The position numbers and the translations under genes were made by a program. A model generated the notes under the pieces. The model was not told where the DNA came from. It saw only the letters and a program-made list of their open reading frames with translations, and did not search any database. From Myxococcota bacterium (GTDB lineage Bacteria > Myxococcota > XYA12-FULL-58-9 > JABJBS01), in assembly GCA_036339465.1 (NCBI GenBank), contig JAYZAY010000039.1, forward strand, positions 1-10,396: a DNA stretch of 10,396 nt. The letters are read 5' to 3'. Positions 7,070 to 10,396 of this stretch are shown one piece after another. The stretch's first letter is position 1, and each line of letters begins with the position of its first letter.

Positions 7070-7292
7070 GGCGAACTCGCTCCAATGTTCACGGGACGAG
7101 GAGAAGCAGATTTAGGGCCCCGTCGCTTGGACAGATTCGTCGCCCTGAGGGTGATAGTCAAGATCTAAAATAGTGGTCCACCCAGGCCAGCGCGGTAGTA
7201 ATCCCGAAAATGTCGCGTAACTGCAATCTTCACAAAATAGGCTTCGATGAGTCTAAAATGAATGATGTTCTAGTTCCTGGTACATCGATTCC

Positions 7293-7463
7293 TCAACCAA
7301 GACCCACCAAGATGGCAATTCCCGTGAGTGTAATCGTGTAGGAGACCACCTCCACCTGTTGAAGCGGAATACGGTATGCGTCCGCAACAGCCGCAACGGC
7401 GGGCACCGAGTCTAGGAGAAACCGTTTCGACAGTGTCACGGCGGGTTTTACTTTCGTTATCAC
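7293..7463 (-). CDS. Possible small membrane protein or gene remnant (56 aa), below the ORF-track cut-off
   Basis: GTG 7463 to TGA 7295-7293 gives MITKVKPAVTLSKRFLLDSVPAVAAVADAYRIPLQQVEVVSYTITLTGIAILVGLG, with a hydrophobic C-terminus. No clear RBS. Confidence 0.2.
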   Translation of the reverse strand: MITKVKPAVTLSKRFLLDSVPAVAAVADAYRIPLQQVEVVSYTITLTGIAILVGLG

Positions 7464-7545
7464 CCGTTTTCAAATGGAGGAGATTGAGGGATGAAGGCAC
7501 GCTTTCAAGCCTAGGGACGCAGGAGCGAGTAGCGCCAAAATCCAG

Positions 7546-7710
7546 ATGGAGTCTAGGGAAATCAAGCTAGAAGCGAGGTTCAGTGGTGGTTTAGAGCCAT
7601 TTTGGGTGAAGAATGGCGCAAAACTAGCGGCGTACCGGTCGGACTCGGACCAAAGCTTTCGCTACTTGGGAATACCCGGTTTTTGCTTGCTTGATTTCCC
7701 TAGACTCCAT
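7546..7710. mobile_element. MITE-like non-autonomous element (165 bp), family 2
   Basis: Perfect 22-bp terminal inverted repeat ATGGAGTCTAGGGAAATCAAGC (7546-7567 and 7689-7710). No coding capacity. A related copy starts at 10280. Confidence 0.8.
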
Positions 7711-7798
7711 AAACAAGTTTCCGTCCCAAAAAGGGAAGAACGACGGAGTTATAGAGGGTTTGCCTGTCTAGAAGTTTTTGCTGGTCCATGAGATTTTA

Positions 7799-8104
7799 GT
7801 GAACCAATTCACCATAGGACAAACGGTTTACCACCGAAAATTCGGTTGCCGTGGGGTGGTCATCGGTTTGGATGAAGCCTTTCAGGATTCGGTCAAATGG
7901 TATTAGGTCGCTGCCCAATCCCTTCCTCCCAAGGATAAATCTTGGTATCACATACTCGTCCATGGAGCATCGAACCGAACCTACGTAGCCGAGCGGCATC
8001 TCGAACCAGACGACAGTGGAGAGCCCACTGAACATCCCGGGGTCGACGATTTCTTTGACCAGTTTCGAGAAATCATCTATAGCAATTCTCAAACGTTGAC
8101 TTGA
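7799..8104 (+). pseudogene. hspQ: Heat shock protein HspQ / YccV-like gene with one in-frame TAG at codon 36
   Basis: Manual translation from GTG 7799: MNQFTIGQTVYHRKFGCRGVVIGLDEAFQDSVKWY*VAAQSLPPKDKSWYHILVHGASNRTYVAERHLEPDDSGEPTEHPGVDDFFDQFREIIYSNSQTLT, stop TGA 8102-8104. Motifs FxIGQxVxH, RGVV, WYHILV, TYVAERxLEPD and HP are characteristic of HspQ/YccV. The TAG is at 7904-7906. An alternative TTG start is at 7778. Confidence 0.88.
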
Positions 8105-8115
8105 CCCATGATGCA

Positions 8116-9762
8116 ATGACTATTTTATCCCCAACCGAAGTCGTTATTCGCTATCACGAAGAAACCAAACACCATTTTCATCGTTACGCACGCTCTCTCG
8201 GATACATGGATTGGGCCACCCAGCCGTGTCCATTTCGCTACTATGAGGGAGCGCACCGTCTTGATTTGAACCGCTTTCCTAGTGCCGCCCATTTTTCCTT
8301 TGACGAATTGTATGCCGAGCCGAACCTACCTTCACGCCCTGTTGACTCAGACAGTTTGTCCGAATTCCTCCGGTATGGCGTTGGGATATCGGCGTGGAAG
8401 GAGTACCAGGGACAGCGCTGGTCGTTACGTGTGGATCCGTCTAGCGGAAATCTACACCCAAGCGAGATCTACTGCGTATTTGGCGCTTCGTCGTCCTTCG
8501 CTTCTGAGCCTAGCATCTATCATTATGTTTCCGAGACCCATTCGCTTGAGCGCCGGGGCCAGTTGAACTCCTACGCTTGGCAATCATTTGTAGAGAATTG
8601 GCCAACCGGAAGCTTCCTGGTTGTTGTGAGTTCCATTCATTGGCGGGAATCGTGGAAATACGGAGAACGAGCGTATCGCTATTGTCAGCATGATGCGGGA
8701 CATGTTCTTGCTTGTCTGCGCTTTTCTGCGGCGATGTTGGGTTGGAATCTAAAGCTATATCCAGGATGGTCCGATGAAAATATAAGCCGCCTAGCCGGCC
8801 TGAGCAGCGAAGGCAGTTCTATTGAGTTCGAACGCGAAGTGGGAGATTTTATCGCCCTGGTTAGTCCAACAAAAAAAAATGAATGCGCTATATATTCCAG
8901 TAACATCGAAAGCGTGATTCGAGAGGCGCAATGGTTCGGTCGAGCTAACCAACTCAGCAGCGATCATGTTAGTTGGGACATCATCGACGACGTCCACGCC
9001 GCAGCATACAATCCAGGAAGCGAAAGTGACGGGCAACTATTACAAACACCTATTCGTCTATCAAGAGAGTACGCGCCAGCGAACCCGTTATTAGTCGATG
9101 CACACAAAATAATCCTAAAACGACGTAGTGCTCAGAAGTTTGACGGTGTCGGGCGTATCCCGAACGAGACGTTCTTCCGCATGCTCACTCGCACATTACC
9201 CGATATTCATGCTCCATGGGATGCCATGTATTGGCCTCCCTATATTCACCTCGTACTTTTTGTTCATCGGGTCGATGAATTGGCAGAGGGCATATACATG
9301 CTTGTCCGTAACAACCATATATTGGACACGCTTAAACAGGCAATGTTACCTGACTTCTCTTGGCAAAAACCAGATAGTTCTCCTGATGAATTGCCCCTCT
9401 ATTTGCTCAAAGAAGGTGATTTTTCAGAAGTCGCCAAACAACTCTCGTGCCAGCAGGATATCGCTGGCGACGGTTTTTTTAGCCTGGGTATGCTCGCCGA
9501 GTTTAGTGAACCGATTCAAAAATGGGGACCGTGGTTCTATCGCAACCTGTTCTGGGAAACTGGGGTAATCGGACAGGTCCTATATCTAGAAGCGGAGGCC
9601 GTGAATGCTCGAGCGACCGGTATCGGGTGTTTTTTCGACGACGCTGTTCACGATGTCCTTGGGCTCAAGGGAAACACCTTCCAAATCCTCTATCATTTCA
9701 CATTAGGTACGTCTGTCACCGATCAGCGTTTAACTACCTTGCCGGCATATGCTGAAATCTGA
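8116..9762 (+). CDS. SagB/ThcOx-family dehydrogenase (tandem nitroreductase-fold, FMN-dependent oxidoreductase)
   Basis: YHEETKH, GYMDWATQP, LRVDPSSGNLHPSE, WRESWKYGERAYRYCQHDAGH, second domain ILKRRSAQKFD, LSCQQDIAGD, GQVLYLEAEA, ATGIGCFFDD, LYHFTLG. ATG 8116 (548 aa) is preferred over TTG 8101, which overlaps the hspQ stop. Confidence 0.88.
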   Translation: MTILSPTEVVIRYHEETKHHFHRYARSLGYMDWATQPCPFRYYEGAHRLDLNRFPSAAHFSFDELYAEPNLPSRPVDSDSLSEFLRYGVGISAWKEYQGQRWSLRVDPSSGNLHPSEIYCVFGASSSFASEPSIYHYVSETHSLERRGQLNSYAWQSFVENWPTGSFLVVVSSIHWRESWKYGERAYRYCQHDAGHVLACLRFSAAMLGWNLKLYPGWSDENISRLAGLSSEGSSIEFEREVGDFIALVSPTKKNECAIYSSNIESVIREAQWFGRANQLSSDHVSWDIIDDVHAAAYNPGSESDGQLLQTPIRLSREYAPANPLLVDAHKIILKRRSAQKFDGVGRIPNETFFRMLTRTLPDIHAPWDAMYWPPYIHLVLFVHRVDELAEGIYMLVRNNHILDTLKQAMLPDFSWQKPDSSPDELPLYLLKEGDFSEVAKQLSCQQDIAGDGFFSLGMLAEFSEPIQKWGPWFYRNLFWETGVIGQVLYLEAEAVNARATGIGCFFDDAVHDVLGLKGNTFQILYHFTLGTSVTDQRLTTLPAYAEI

Positions 9763-9867
9763 CAAGGTACCAGTGACTCCCGTTTCGTCCAGGTTATTCA
9801 GGGCAGGTCCTTTACTTACCCATTATACTCTGAGACTTGGTTCAGCCCAAGGAAGGCAACAGAGACG

Positions 9868-10122
9868 ATGTCCAAATATGACGTAACAACAAATGGAGCT
9901 TCCTGGGAGAAGTTACGATGTCACCTAAAAGAGATGGAGGAAATGCTCGGTCAGCCGCAATTCAACCTCGTTCATTTTGCAAAAATTTATGAAGAATCGG
10001 CGAAAACACTCTTGAAGGCCATCAAAGAACGGGGGATTTCCAGTTCTAGATTTGAAGCAGCGGCGAAAGCCCTGAACCTCACAACAGCAAAGTCCAAGCT
10101 CGACCGTTTCCTACAAGACTGA
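9868..10122 (+). CDS. Hypothetical protein (84 aa, likely helical)
   Basis: ATG preceded by purine-rich AAGGAAGG (9849-9856). It occupies an otherwise empty interval, has a normal charged/amphipathic composition and no recognisable motif. Confidence 0.6.
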   Translation: MSKYDVTTNGASWEKLRCHLKEMEEMLGQPQFNLVHFAKIYEESAKTLLKAIKERGISSSRFEAAAKALNLTTAKSKLDRFLQD

Positions 10123-10279
10123 GATGCTTCTGCTTAAGTCGAAGACAATGACCATCTGTTGTAATACGTGTATCTCCAATATAGGTTAATCTCGGTACAA
10201 ACCAGCAGGCATCTAAGACAATAAACACATTTAACAAGAAGACAGAGTTCTTCAGGATGTGGATATGCATAGAGCGAAA

Positions 10280-10344
10280 AGTCTAGGGAAAACAAGCTAG
10301 CAAAAACCGCTTCTTCCCGAGTACCGAAAGATTTGGTCCGACCG
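10280..10344. mobile_element. Second, inverted and diverged copy of the family-2 MITE end
   Basis: 10280-10341 matches the reverse complement of 7645-7706 at 54/62 without gaps. The match extends by CCG if the TCGGAC duplication (7639-7650) in the first copy is collapsed. Confidence 0.82.
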
Positions 10345-10396
10345 CAATCCACTCACTTTCCCGTGGAATGTCTGTGCAGAGCTTGGGAAAAGCCCT

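Noticed and set aside
7270..7570. 76-aa minus ORF (contains RCGCCGR) and 64-aa plus ORF, considered as a RiPP precursor for the SagB-like enzyme
   Set aside because: No RBS, composition typical of spurious frames, separated from the enzyme by a MITE and hspQ, and no YcaO nearby.
7546..7791. 81-aa plus-strand ORF
   Set aside because: It starts within the MITE terminal repeat and reads through the element, with no protein motif.
7796..8116. 106-aa minus-strand ORF in the ORF track
   Set aside because: It is the codon-for-codon antisense shadow of the plus-strand hspQ frame, which carries recognisable family motifs.
1124..9755. Remaining short ORFs nested in or antisense to the long genes (e.g. 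2833-3102, 4945-5274, 5388-5768, 9128-9568)
   Set aside because: They overlap well-supported CDSs and show no independent coding signal.
10079..10352. Two short minus-strand ORFs (63 and 72 aa)
   Set aside because: They overlap the 84-aa ORF or the second MITE end, and have no motifs or RBS.

Overview
Bacterial accessory-looking region of single, loosely linked genes separated by unusually structured intergenic DNA. Minus strand: MFS-like membrane domain plus HEAT-repeat protein (130-2349), RhlE-like DEAD-box RNA helicase (2541-3788), SelO/YdiU protein adenylyltransferase (4062-5738), DUF309 protein (5900-6436) and a non-canonical MBL-fold protein (6452-7069). Plus strand: an hspQ/YccV gene that the ORF track missed because of one in-frame TAG (7799-8104), a SagB/ThcOx-type nitroreductase-fold protein (8116-9762) and an 84-aa orphan. 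The most unusual signal is non-coding, in two repeat families. Family 1 is a degenerate element (consensus about GTGCCnnTAAnnTTCCyGsTTrATT) sitting just beyond the stop codon of three consecutive genes. Each copy has its gene-proximal end tandemly re-duplicated, one copy supplies the helicase stop codon, and one forms a long inverted repeat around an attC-like remnant. Family 2 is a 165-bp MITE-like element with perfect 22-bp terminal inverted repeats (7546-7710), whose end recurs at 5842 and 10280. No transposase, integrase or RNA gene is visible in the window. Family assignments come from motif recognition only; no searches were run.
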